The notes beneath the pieces are model-generated. The model saw only the letters and a program-made list of their open reading frames with translations. It made no database searches and was not told the DNA's origin. A DNA stretch of 62,905 nucleotides, filler included, from Sphingomonadaceae bacterium (GTDB lineage Bacteria > Chloroflexota > UBA6077): NCBI GenBank assembly GCA_050261575.1. It is 4 parts of 4 records of this genome, joined end to end, with 100 filler letters (N's around TTAATTAATTAA, not from the genome) between each part and the next. Parts side by side here need not be neighbours in the genome. Positions count along the whole stretch, not along the records: positions 38,614 to 57,130 come from JBLNDL010000028.1; 3 more parts are not named here. One strand, written 5' to 3'. Shown piece after piece: positions 40,049-49,343 of this stretch. Every line of letters begins with the position of its first letter. Positions within the stretch are counted from its first letter, which is position 1. The translations under genes were made by a program, and so were the position numbers.

Positions 40049-41253
40049 GGGCGGTCCTCTCCAGGTTTCTGGCCAGGGGCGCGATCCAGAATGTGTCGGA
40101 CCAGGCTCCGGGCTGCGTAGTCGGTGCCTGAGACGAAGCGCATTAGGGGGCCGTAGCTCCATGCGGCAGGCGCTCCCAGAAAGTGGAGCCCCGGCATAGA
40201 GCTCTCGAGACCGGGCTTCAGCACCGGGTAGCCATCGACGCAACGGAGCGACCGCACCAGTTCCTGTGAGAGAAAGGAGTAGCGCGAGATGTCCAGCCGG
40301 TAGCCGGTGGCGAGCAGGACGTGATCCGTGAGCCGCTCGGTTCCGTCGTTCAGCAGGAGGTGCGCCTTTTCGCGGACTGGGACTGCCTTGACGACGGCTC
40401 GACCAGTCGTGATCGTGACGTCTTTGATCCTGGGGAGGAGCCATCCGGCGGCGGCAGGACGGATGGAACGGTAGGCGATCCGATCCTGCAGTGACCGGGG
40501 CAGGCGCCTGAAGAGGTCCGGCATCGCCACGAGCAGGTTCAGTCCGGGCGGGCCGACGTCCGTGGGAGGGAAGAACAGGTAGCGTACCGGCTTCGGAAGC
40601 CTGCGCAACCGGGCGCCTCGCCCCAACCAGGTCACCCGGGGCGCCCGAACGAGCAGCTCCACCGTGGCGCCAGCCTCGCAAAGGAGCGCGGCGGATTCGA
40701 CTGCGCTCTGGCCGCCCCCCACGACAGTCACACTACGCCCAGCGAAAGGCTCCATGGAGCGATGCTCGGAGGTGTGAGACACCAACGAGGAGGGGAGGTG
40801 CGCGAACTGAGGGGGGCGCCAGGCGAAGTCGGCGATCCCCGCCGCGATGACGACCCGTCGCGACAGGATGCTCTCCCCGTCGTCCATCGTCAGCCGAAAC
40901 CCGTTCGAGTGTGGTTCGACGCTGACGACCGTGCGTCGATCCACGTCGGGCGCGACCTGATGCCCGAACCACTTGCCGTAGCCGACGAAGTCGTGCAGCG
41001 GGAGAGGCGAAGGCAGGTGGAATCCCTGTTCCGACTGGTAGCGGTCGAGGGTCAGCCGCCGGCCTGGATCGGAGATGTGGGAGGCTTCCCAACTCGAGCG
41101 CAACAACATGCCGGCCGGCATGTTGTTGCGCCAGAACTCCATGGGCCGCCCGAAGATGCGGCTGTCGATTCCTGCGTCTCGAAGGTGGGCAGTTGCCGCC
41201 AAGCCGTAGGGGCCCGCGCCGAGCACCGCCACCGCACAAGCTGTACTGGTCAT
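40045..41253 (-). CDS. FAD/NAD(P)-dependent oxidoreductase (class B flavin monooxygenase-like)
   Basis: GAGPYG FAD motif, GGGQSA NAD(P) motif, LATGY, FWRNNMPAGMLLRS. Confidence 0.85.
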   Translation of the reverse strand: MTSTACAVAVLGAGPYGLAATAHLRDAGIDSRIFGRPMEFWRNNMPAGMLLRSSWEASHISDPGRRLTLDRYQSEQGFHLPSPLPLHDFVGYGKWFGHQVAPDVDRRTVVSVEPHSNGFRLTMDDGESILSRRVVIAAGIADFAWRPPQFAHLPSSLVSHTSEHRSMEPFAGRSVTVVGGGQSAVESAALLCEAGATVELLVRAPRVTWLGRGARLRRLPKPVRYLFFPPTDVGPPGLNLLVAMPDLFRRLPRSLQDRIAYRSIRPAAAGWLLPRIKDVTITTGRAVVKAVPVREKAHLLLNDGTERLTDHVLLATGYRLDISRYSFLSQELVRSLRCVDGYPVLKPGLESSMPGLHFLGAPAAWSYGPLMRFVSGTDYAARSLVRHILDRAPGQKPGEDRP

Positions 41254-41291
41254 GATACCTCCCTTCCGGAGGGGTGGTAGAGCCTGAGGCT

Positions 41292-42389
41292 CTAGACGAA
41301 GAACCTGTAGAGTGCGTCACCGGCTCGCTCGGTGATCGAGTCTGGCACCGAGTCGTCGGTGAGAAGTCCTGTCAACTCGCCCAGGAGTCGCCGGAACTGT
41401 TCCTGATAGGGGCTGATGGGGCCTTCAGGGGTGTGCCGGAGGAAGGAGATGGTCTTCTCCTCGGTGGCGTACTTGCTCTTGTACCGAGCTAGCTCAGTCT
41501 GCTCCCAGTCGCTCAGTCCGAAGTCCAGGTAGCGGTGACCCCTGGCCTTGCCATATTGGATGCCTTGCCAGATGACCAGGTCGTTGGGTCTGTAACCGAG
41601 GTGCGTCGGCAGCGAGGTGTTGAACTTGTAGTAGAGGGTATCCTTCCATTCCAAGAACATGACCCCGCCGATGATCTCATCCCCGTGTACCGCGGTCATG
41701 AGGGCTCCCGCATGGTTTCGCAGGAGGTGGAGCCACAGCTTCTGGAAGAAGAGGTAGGGCTGTGCGAGGAGCCGGTACTTCCGTTTCCGTGTCCCCAAAT
41801 GCATGTCGAAGAAGGCCCGCAACTCCTCTTCCGTCTCGGCAACTCGTACCGTCACGCCTTCCCTCTCGGCTTTTCGGATCGCCTGGCGGGCCGAGCCGTC
41901 CAGTGCGCGCCATATGTCGTCCAGGTCGGGGCTCAGATCCAGGCCGTGCCACTTCGCTCGCTTCGTGAGGGTGAGGCGAGTGTCCTTCAGCGGCTCGGCG
42001 GAGTGCAGGCTGCGCAGGGTGATCGGGAGCCCCTCTCCTACCAGCGTACCGATCAGGATGTTCCACTCTGCCTTGTTGGCGACAAGCGGGTCACAGTAGT
42101 CGGAGAAGGGCAGACTCACGATGCGCTCTCCCAGGAGGTCGGACACGTGGGCGAAGGGCATTCCTGCCTGGGGCTCGCCTGCCGCGTCGGTCGCCACCAG
42201 GGCCCGGACCTCGAAGCCATAGGTCTCCGTGAGGGCCCGCATCCAGGCGGGGGAATGGAAGACGTCGCTCTTGCGCCGATCGACCAGGCGCAGCCACAGC
42301 GGATCCGACAGGGGATCGACGCGCTTCACCGTCTCGGGCTGGTTGGATGCGAGCCGTGAGTCCTCCGTTGGAGGCAGTATTCGATCCAT
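41292..42389 (-). CDS. FemAB-like GNAT N-acyltransferase
   Basis: FHSPAW, SLPFSDYC, RQAIRKAEREG, LDFGLS, RYKSKY. Confidence 0.85.
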   Translation of the reverse strand: MDRILPPTEDSRLASNQPETVKRVDPLSDPLWLRLVDRRKSDVFHSPAWMRALTETYGFEVRALVATDAAGEPQAGMPFAHVSDLLGERIVSLPFSDYCDPLVANKAEWNILIGTLVGEGLPITLRSLHSAEPLKDTRLTLTKRAKWHGLDLSPDLDDIWRALDGSARQAIRKAEREGVTVRVAETEEELRAFFDMHLGTRKRKYRLLAQPYLFFQKLWLHLLRNHAGALMTAVHGDEIIGGVMFLEWKDTLYYKFNTSLPTHLGYRPNDLVIWQGIQYGKARGHRYLDFGLSDWEQTELARYKSKYATEEKTISFLRHTPEGPISPYQEQFRRLLGELTGLLTDDSVPDSITERAGDALYRFFV

Positions 42390-42397
42390 GTCTCAGG

Positions 42398-43621
42398 TCA
42401 CCTCGCTTCAGGGGGCTCCAACAGTACTCTCGTGTAGGCGTTGAGAAGCTTCTTGGCCGAGTAGGGCCAGGCCAGTTCGGTCTCGATTCGGCGGCGCCCG
42501 AAGGCGCCCATCGCATCTCTGCGCTGTGGATCGTCCATCAGTGCTGCCAGCGCCCGAGCGAACTCGAGTTCGTCGTTGGGGCGCACGAACAGCGCGGCCT
42601 CCTGGGCGGTGAAGCGGTGCTCGGGGAGGTCGAATGCGACGATCGGTTTCCCCATCGCCATGTACTCCATCATCTTGTTCATGGTCGACCGATCGTTGAA
42701 GGGATTGGAGGGATCCGGATCCGCGCAGATGTCTGCCGCGGATAGAAGGCGGACGTAGTCGGAATCGGACACCCAGCCTGTGAACCGGACGTAGGGATCC
42801 AGGCCGAGTTGGCTCGCCAACCGCTTGAGGCTGGGTTGGGCATCCCCTTTGCCGCCGATGAGAACACAGTGGAAGTCGGACCTGCCGAGGCGGTAGGCCA
42901 GTTGATGCAGTGCCCTCAGCAGGTAGTCGACCCCATCCTGAAACCCCATGACGCCGGCATAGGCTATGACCGTCTTTCCTCGCGGTCGCAGCTCCGGGTC
43001 TGGCTCGACCGGGCGAAGGCGCTCCAGGTCAGGGCCGTTGCGAACGACTGTGATCCGATGCGGTGGCACGCCGCCGCGGTTGATCTCGATCGCTTTGTAG
43101 GACTCGTTGGTGGCGATGACGTGATCGGCCAGACGGCAAGAGAGCTTTTCCATCAGGACGAGGGCCTGGTAGACGAGCCTGTTGCCCTTGCCGCCAAACC
43201 TGGCGTAGTACATCTCTGGCGAGAGATCGTGGTGGTCGTAGATGAGGCGCTTGCCCAGCAGCTTGAATGGGGCGGCGATCAAGACGAAGGTGTCGGGCGG
43301 GTTGGCCAGGTGGATGACGTCGAAACCATCTCGGAAGAGGATCTGCGCCGACTTCAAGAGGGTCGCGGCCATGCTGTAGCCGTACTCCCAGAGGTAGCTG
43401 GCGAATCCGCTGCCCGCCCGTGGGGCCGGGTAGCGGTAGACCTTCATCCCGTCCACGACCTCACGGCTGACCTGGCCGGGCTCGGCTGGGCAGACCACTG
43501 TCACCTGGTAGCCAGCGTCCCGCAGCGTTTGGGCCTCCTGGCGCACCCGGACGTCCATGGGGAAACCGCTGTTCTCCAGCAGCATCAGAACCCTCGGAGG
43601 GGTCGAACGCTTGCGGGTCAC
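42398..43621 (-). CDS. Glycosyltransferase family 4
   Basis: DVRVRQEA, ANPPD, DHHDLSPE, QDGVD, NKMMEYMAMGKP. Confidence 0.92.
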   Translation of the reverse strand: MTRKRSTPPRVLMLLENSGFPMDVRVRQEAQTLRDAGYQVTVVCPAEPGQVSREVVDGMKVYRYPAPRAGSGFASYLWEYGYSMAATLLKSAQILFRDGFDVIHLANPPDTFVLIAAPFKLLGKRLIYDHHDLSPEMYYARFGGKGNRLVYQALVLMEKLSCRLADHVIATNESYKAIEINRGGVPPHRITVVRNGPDLERLRPVEPDPELRPRGKTVIAYAGVMGFQDGVDYLLRALHQLAYRLGRSDFHCVLIGGKGDAQPSLKRLASQLGLDPYVRFTGWVSDSDYVRLLSAADICADPDPSNPFNDRSTMNKMMEYMAMGKPIVAFDLPEHRFTAQEAALFVRPNDELEFARALAALMDDPQRRDAMGAFGRRRIETELAWPYSAKKLLNAYTRVLLEPPEAR

Positions 43622-44940
43622 GCCGCCCTCCGTTTCTCGCTTGCCTCGCTTGGGGCAGACCCGTCCTCACCGGTGATCCCTACCAGGTCGATCAGCACCT
43701 GGTGCCGGTTCAGGAGGTCCGGTACCCGACGGAAGGCGCGGCTGCTGTTGGCGATGACCACCACCTCGGCGTCGGTCACCGCCTCCTCGATGCTGGAGCG
43801 CATCAGCGATGCGATGTGGGGGAGTTCTCGCTCCAGGTACGACTTGTTGGCTCCTGTCAGGGCCGATGGATCCACCTTCTCGTCGTACACACTCACCTGG
43901 TATCCGCGACCGAGTAGGGTTTCGATCAGCGGGACCGAAGGGCTCTCCCGGACGTCGTCGGTGTCGGGCTTGAAGCTGAGACCCAACACCGCAACTCTCT
44001 TCCGCCCCGTCTTCTCCACCATCCTGATACCCCGTTGGATCTGCTCCTGATTGCTCTGGAGCACGGAGTTCAGGAGGGGGGTGGTGATGTCCAACTCCCG
44101 GGCCCGATAGACCAGGGCTCTCATATCCTTTGGCAGACATGATCCGCCGAAGGCGAAGCCGGGCCGCAGGTAGGCCGGGGAGATGTTGAGCCTGCGGTCC
44201 ATGGCGAAGACCTCCATCACACGGCGCCCGTCGACGCCGTGGGCTTTGGCCAGGTTCCCGATCTCGTTGGCGAACGCTATCTTCAGAGCATGGAAGGCGT
44301 TGCTCACGTACTTGGTCATCTCGGCGATTCGGATGCTGGTGTGGACGACTGGAGCCTCCACCGCCTCGTACATTCGGCGCGTTACGGCCCCGCTCAACGG
44401 GGTCAGCTCTCCGATGACGATCTGGCTGGGGTGGTAGTAGTCGTCGATGGCGGCGCCCTCTCGAAGAAACTCGGGATTCATGCAGACGCCGAAGTCGGTG
44501 CCAGCATGCCGCCCCGAGGTCTCCTGCAGGATGGGGATCAGCTTCTCCTCCACAGTGCCCGGCAGCACGGTACTGCGAACGACGACGACGTGGTAGCTCG
44601 AACTCTCGGCCAGGGCCGCACCGATCTCCTGGCACACCCGCTCGACGTACCGGAGATCGAGGCTCCCGTTGTCGTTGCTCGGCGTACCCACACACACGAC
44701 GCTGACGTCGCTCGAGCGCACTGCGGCGCGGCCGTCCTGGGTGGCCACCAGCCTGCCGGCTCCCACCATCTCACCGAGCAGCTTTTCCAGCCCGGGCTCC
44801 AGGACCGGGGATCTGCCGGAGCCTACCAACTCCACTTTCTGGGGGTTCACGTCGACCCCGATCACCGTGTGGCCGTCACGGGCCAAGCAGGCTGCCGAGA
44901 CGCAGCCGACGTAGCCGAGGCCGAAGACACAGATTCTCAT
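43618..44940 (-). CDS. Nucleotide-sugar 6-dehydrogenase (GDP-mannose dehydrogenase AlgD-like)
   Basis: GLGYVG, CVGTPS, NPEFLREG, GFAFGGSCLPKD, FKPDTDDVRESP, GANK. Confidence 0.92.
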   Translation of the reverse strand: MRICVFGLGYVGCVSAACLARDGHTVIGVDVNPQKVELVGSGRSPVLEPGLEKLLGEMVGAGRLVATQDGRAAVRSSDVSVVCVGTPSNDNGSLDLRYVERVCQEIGAALAESSSYHVVVVRSTVLPGTVEEKLIPILQETSGRHAGTDFGVCMNPEFLREGAAIDDYYHPSQIVIGELTPLSGAVTRRMYEAVEAPVVHTSIRIAEMTKYVSNAFHALKIAFANEIGNLAKAHGVDGRRVMEVFAMDRRLNISPAYLRPGFAFGGSCLPKDMRALVYRARELDITTPLLNSVLQSNQEQIQRGIRMVEKTGRKRVAVLGLSFKPDTDDVRESPSVPLIETLLGRGYQVSVYDEKVDPSALTGANKSYLERELPHIASLMRSSIEEAVTDAEVVVIANSSRAFRRVPDLLNRHQVLIDLVGITGEDGSAPSEASEKRRAA

Positions 44941-44942
44941 CG

Positions 44943-46883
44943 TCACTTCGCTCCTGTGGTGTCCACGGCAAGGGCCGGGTGTGGTCCCCTCTCCTCGCCG
45001 GGTTGGGCATCGAGGAAGATCCGGTGCCACAACTCCACGTTGACTAGCCCCCAGAGGAGGCTGCCGTGGTCCGCGTGCCCTCGATCGTGGTCGTCGAGCA
45101 ACCTCTCCACGTAGGCTGGATCGAACAGCCCTCGTCGCCGGACGGTTTCCGGAGACAGGAGATCCCGCAGGAAGGTGCGAGCCTCCTTGCGGAACCAGAC
45201 CGCGATCGGGATGGGAAAGCCCTTCTTCTTCCGATCGATGATCTCCGCGGGAAGCCATTTGCGGCTGACCTTCCTCAGGAGATACTTGCGGGTCAGTCCC
45301 CTCAGCTTGAAATGGGGGGGGAGGGCTGCCGCGAACTCCACCAGCTTGTGGTCCAGGAGTGGAACCCGGGCCTCCAGGGAGGCGGCCATGCTGGTCTTGT
45401 CCCCCCTTGCGAGGAGATCGTCGGGTAGCCACAGCTTGGTGTCCACGTAGAGCATGCGGCTTAGGGGATCTCTGGCGTCAGTGCGCGCGAGCTGGTTGGC
45501 GAAGACGTGGTCGGAGGTTACGTCGCCCAGTTCCCTCTTGAAGTCGGGCGAGAGAAGCGCTGCCTTCCGCTCCCGATTGAAGAGGGGGAACCAGTTGGTC
45601 AGACGGGTCACCTCCTCCGTCTGAGCGAGCGCGTACAGGGCGATTTTGGGCCGGCGCAGCCCCGGCAGCCGCTCCGTGGCGGAGAGGACGAGCGACCGTG
45701 CGGGCGCGGGAACCTTCTGGAAGATGGAGGAGAGCTTCTCTCCAGAGTAGCGGGCGTAGCCCGCGAACAGTTCGTCGCCGCCCTCGCCCGTCAGCACCAT
45801 CTTGACGTGGCGCGAAGCCAATTCGGCCACCTTGTAGTTGGCTAGGGCAGCCTCGTCGGCGATGGGCTGGTCGAGGTGCCAGACCACCTTCTCGGCTAGT
45901 TCGATCAGGTCATGGGGGGTCACGATCACCTCGTGGTGGTCGGTCTGGTACCGATCCGCCACCAATCGCGCGTACGGGAGTTCGCTGTAGGCCGCACCGT
46001 CTCCCTCGAAGCCCACGGAGAAGGTCTTCACCGGTGCGTCCAGGAACTGGCTCATGAGGGCGACCACCGTGCTGGAGTCGAGACCCCCGCTCAGGAACGC
46101 GCCGAACGGTACGTCGCTCACCAACTCGAGTCTGACGGATTCCCGCAGCAGCTCCTCCAACTGCTCGGCGTAGGATTCCTCACTTCGACGGCCGTCTTCG
46201 TTGCGAGCGAAGGAGAGGTCCCAGTAGGGTCGAACGGTGATCCCCTCGGCGTCGCAAGTCAGGAGATGGCCAGGCGGAAGGGCGAGGATGCCGGCGAACA
46301 TGGTCTGGGGGGCCGGAACGTATTTCAGGGAGAGGAAGTTGCTCAGCCCCTCGGGATCCAGCCTGGGCTGGACGGCCGGATGCTGCAGAAGCGCCTTGAT
46401 CTCGGAGCCGAAGATGAGCTTGCCGTCCACCTGCGTGTAGTAGAGAGGCTTGATCCCCAGCCGGTCGCGGACCAGCAACAGCCGTTGGCGGCGGGCATCC
46501 CACAGGGCGAAGGCGTACATGCCACGCAGTTCGTGTACGCAGTCCTCACCCAATTCCTCGTACAGGTGTACGATCACCTCCGTGTCGCTGGCGCTGGAGA
46601 AGACGTGCCCGCTCCGACGGAGCCGCTCCGTGAGCTGCTGGTAGTTGTAGGTCTCGCCGTTGTAGACGACGACGATGCTACCGTCCTCGCTGGACATGGG
46701 TTGCTTGCCGCCGGATAGGTCGATGATGCTCAGACGGCGCATGCCGAGGGCAACCCCACGGTCGCGGTAGATTCCTTCGTCATCCGGGCCCCTGTGGTGG
46801 ATGACGGTGAGCATATCTCCCAGCAGGTGGCCGTCCGTCGGCTCACCCCTGGAGTAGTCGTAGACGCCGCAGATTCCACACAT
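44943..46883 (-). CDS. asnB: Asparagine synthase-like glutamine amidotransferase
   Basis: N-terminal MCGICG, HRGPD, RRLSIID, RDRLGIKPLYY, LSGGLDSS, TGEGGDE, KKGF. Confidence 0.93.
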   Translation of the reverse strand: MCGICGVYDYSRGEPTDGHLLGDMLTVIHHRGPDDEGIYRDRGVALGMRRLSIIDLSGGKQPMSSEDGSIVVVYNGETYNYQQLTERLRRSGHVFSSASDTEVIVHLYEELGEDCVHELRGMYAFALWDARRQRLLLVRDRLGIKPLYYTQVDGKLIFGSEIKALLQHPAVQPRLDPEGLSNFLSLKYVPAPQTMFAGILALPPGHLLTCDAEGITVRPYWDLSFARNEDGRRSEESYAEQLEELLRESVRLELVSDVPFGAFLSGGLDSSTVVALMSQFLDAPVKTFSVGFEGDGAAYSELPYARLVADRYQTDHHEVIVTPHDLIELAEKVVWHLDQPIADEAALANYKVAELASRHVKMVLTGEGGDELFAGYARYSGEKLSSIFQKVPAPARSLVLSATERLPGLRRPKIALYALAQTEEVTRLTNWFPLFNRERKAALLSPDFKRELGDVTSDHVFANQLARTDARDPLSRMLYVDTKLWLPDDLLARGDKTSMAASLEARVPLLDHKLVEFAAALPPHFKLRGLTRKYLLRKVSRKWLPAEIIDRKKKGFPIPIAVWFRKEARTFLRDLLSPETVRRRGLFDPAYVERLLDDHDRGHADHGSLLWGLVNVELWHRIFLDAQPGEERGPHPALAVDTTGAK

Positions 46884-46922
46884 TCCGCATTTACCTCATG
46901 GTTTCGTTGCCGCGGTCGAGGG

Positions 46923-48149
46923 CTACAGCCCCACAGCGCCGCTCGGCTCCCGACCTCCGGCTTTCTCGGAGGGGGCTGCCTCTCTATCTCCAGTGGCGAG
47001 CCGTCGCAGGATGGCGGAGGTGGCGGCCGCGTTGCGGGTGGAGAACAGCTCCTCGGCTATCCTCCGGTTCTTCTCGCCTAGCCTGCGCCGGAGGGCCTTG
47101 GAGCGGCGCAGCTTCCCGATCGCCTCCGCCAGCCCGTCCACGTCGTTCTCGTCCACCACGATCTCGTCGATGACGAAAGGGATCTCCACGTGGCGGGTGG
47201 TCACCACCGGCTTCCCGAAGGCCATCGCCTCCGCCAGTACAGTGGGGAAGCCCTCCGCGACCCCCTTGCTGTCCGTCCTGGACGGAAGGCAGAAGACGTC
47301 GCAGGAGCGGTAGAGGGCTTTCAAGGCGTTTCCGCTCTGCCTTCCGAAGAAGGCTACTTGCGACCGGATCCCCAACTCCGCCGCCAGAGCCCGAACGTCG
47401 ACGGGCTCCTCCGGTCCCTCATCGCCCACGACCCACACCTCGATGTCGTCCCTCCCGAGCCGTTTGATGGCCTTGAACAGAACCTCGTGCCCCTTGCGCT
47501 CGGCGAAGAAGGCGACGATGAGCACCACCAGCTTCTCCTCTGGACGGTAGTCCTCCGTGTCGACGCTGATCCTCACTACCTCGATCCTGGAGTGGGGCAC
47601 GCCGTACTCGGATGCTAGGAGTCGCCTGTTGTACTCCGTCACGGTGATGATCTGGTCGCAGTCGTTGAGGGCACGCTCGAAGAGGCGGGGGCTCGGGTTC
47701 TGATACAGCTCGTAAGCGTGGATCGTGACTACCAGGGGCTTGCCCACGATCTGCTTGCAGTAGTAGCCGATGAACAGCTTGTGGTCGCCGAAGGTGGCGT
47801 AGATCACGTCCACGTCTGCCATCTTCCGAGCGAAGTACCAGGCGAGGGCGAAGTCCACCAGCGTTCCCGTCGCCACTGCCTCCTGCAGCAGGCGCAGATA
47901 GCGGATCGGCGATGCCAGGAGGAAGAAGGGCTGCAGCAAGATGACCACCAGCGGGTTCCACCGGTGAAGCCTCCACTCGTCCGGCGGGTTGTACAGTCCC
48001 GGACGATACTTGGTGGGGAAGAGGTCGATGGCGTGGCCTTCAGCGGCGAACACCCCTAGCTCCCGGTACACGAAGTGCTCGAGGCCCCTTTTCATCGAGG
48101 CTATGACGCCGATAACCATGTCGTCTCGGCGCACAGTTGCGTGCGCCAT
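46923..48149 (-). CDS. Glycosyltransferase family 4
   Basis: RKGH, DVFCLPS, EGFPTVLAEAMAFGKP. Confidence 0.9.
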   Translation of the reverse strand: MAHATVRRDDMVIGVIASMKRGLEHFVYRELGVFAAEGHAIDLFPTKYRPGLYNPPDEWRLHRWNPLVVILLQPFFLLASPIRYLRLLQEAVATGTLVDFALAWYFARKMADVDVIYATFGDHKLFIGYYCKQIVGKPLVVTIHAYELYQNPSPRLFERALNDCDQIITVTEYNRRLLASEYGVPHSRIEVVRISVDTEDYRPEEKLVVLIVAFFAERKGHEVLFKAIKRLGRDDIEVWVVGDEGPEEPVDVRALAAELGIRSQVAFFGRQSGNALKALYRSCDVFCLPSRTDSKGVAEGFPTVLAEAMAFGKPVVTTRHVEIPFVIDEIVVDENDVDGLAEAIGKLRRSKALRRRLGEKNRRIAEELFSTRNAAATSAILRRLATGDREAAPSEKAGGREPSGAVGL

Positions 48150-48201
48150 CTCCTTTCTATCGGTGTCGATGGATTCAGAACCTGAGTGCTTTGGGAATGA
48201 C

Positions 48202-49317
48202 TCACCTGCGTCGGCCCCCCTCTACCAAGGATTCGGCGGGAGCGCTGCCAACCGCATGTCGGTAGACCTCCAGGGTCTGGCGGGCCACCACGTCTGGGGA
48301 ACATTCGCTTTGGATCTTCTGCCTTCCGGCGATGCCCATGTGGCGGCGGAGTTCCTCATCCTGCAGGACACGCACGATGCTCTCCGCAAGAGAGGTCTCG
48401 TCGCGGGGAGGCACGAGGAAGCCGGTCCGGCCGTGGTCGACCATCTCGGGCAGCCCCCCTACCGTGGTCGCGACCACCGGCTTGGCGGCGGTGTAGGCGA
48501 GAGGGATGACTCCGCTCTGAGATGCCTCCACGTAGGGGAGTACCACCACACTCGCTCGTCGGAACAGCTCGGCCCTCCTCTGGTCGGAGACGTACTCGTT
48601 GAGGACGACGAACCGCTCGGGGTGGACCATCATGCGCCGGTAGCGGCCGAAGTCCTCGCCACGTCCAGCGATGACGATGGTGGCATCGGGCACCCGGCTG
48701 GTGATCAACGGCTCCGCGCGGATCAGGTACTCCAGCCCCTTGTACCCCCAGATTCGGCCGAAAAAGAGGACCGTACGGCCGTCTTCCGCCACGGATGGCT
48801 GCTCCACGTCGTCCCCCAGCAGGATGTGCGGGATCACATGGACTATCTCGCCGGGGATGCCCAACTCGGAGACCACCATCTGCTTCATCGCGGTCGCGTG
48901 CACGATCAGCCTGGTTGCCCTGCGGACGCCGAAGTCCATGATCCACTGGGGGGCCCTCCGGGAATCCCTGTCCCCAAGGTGATGACGGGGATCGTGGATC
49001 GTGACCACCAAGGGGTACCGGCTGAGCAGGGGCAGTGCGAGATTGAACCACGGGTGCCCGGCCTGCAGATGGAGGACGTCCGGATCGAAGCTCCGTATCC
49101 GGCGCAGGAGCCCCCCGACCATGCGCAGCTGCCTGACGGCCTGGCGGTATCTCGGCCGGTGAAAGGGTCGGAATTCCGCATCGGTGCCCAGCAGGGGCAG
49201 GTAGGGCTCGCCGGTGCCGTGAGGGAGCATCACGAGCAGCCTCGTCTCACGGGAGAGGGCTCCGGCCAGCCGGATACAGTACTCCCCGAAATCGAAGGAA
49301 AGGAAGGCGACGTTCAT
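48202..49317 (-). CDS. Glycosyltransferase family 4
   Basis: FFGRIWGYKGL, LPYVEASQSG, VGGLPE; start MNVAFL. Confidence 0.9.
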   Translation of the reverse strand: MNVAFLSFDFGEYCIRLAGALSRETRLLVMLPHGTGEPYLPLLGTDAEFRPFHRPRYRQAVRQLRMVGGLLRRIRSFDPDVLHLQAGHPWFNLALPLLSRYPLVVTIHDPRHHLGDRDSRRAPQWIMDFGVRRATRLIVHATAMKQMVVSELGIPGEIVHVIPHILLGDDVEQPSVAEDGRTVLFFGRIWGYKGLEYLIRAEPLITSRVPDATIVIAGRGEDFGRYRRMMVHPERFVVLNEYVSDQRRAELFRRASVVVLPYVEASQSGVIPLAYTAAKPVVATTVGGLPEMVDHGRTGFLVPPRDETSLAESIVRVLQDEELRRHMGIAGRQKIQSECSPDVVARQTLEVYRHAVGSAPAESLVEGGRRR

Positions 49318-49343
49318 CTCCGTGATCCCACCACCCAGCACTT

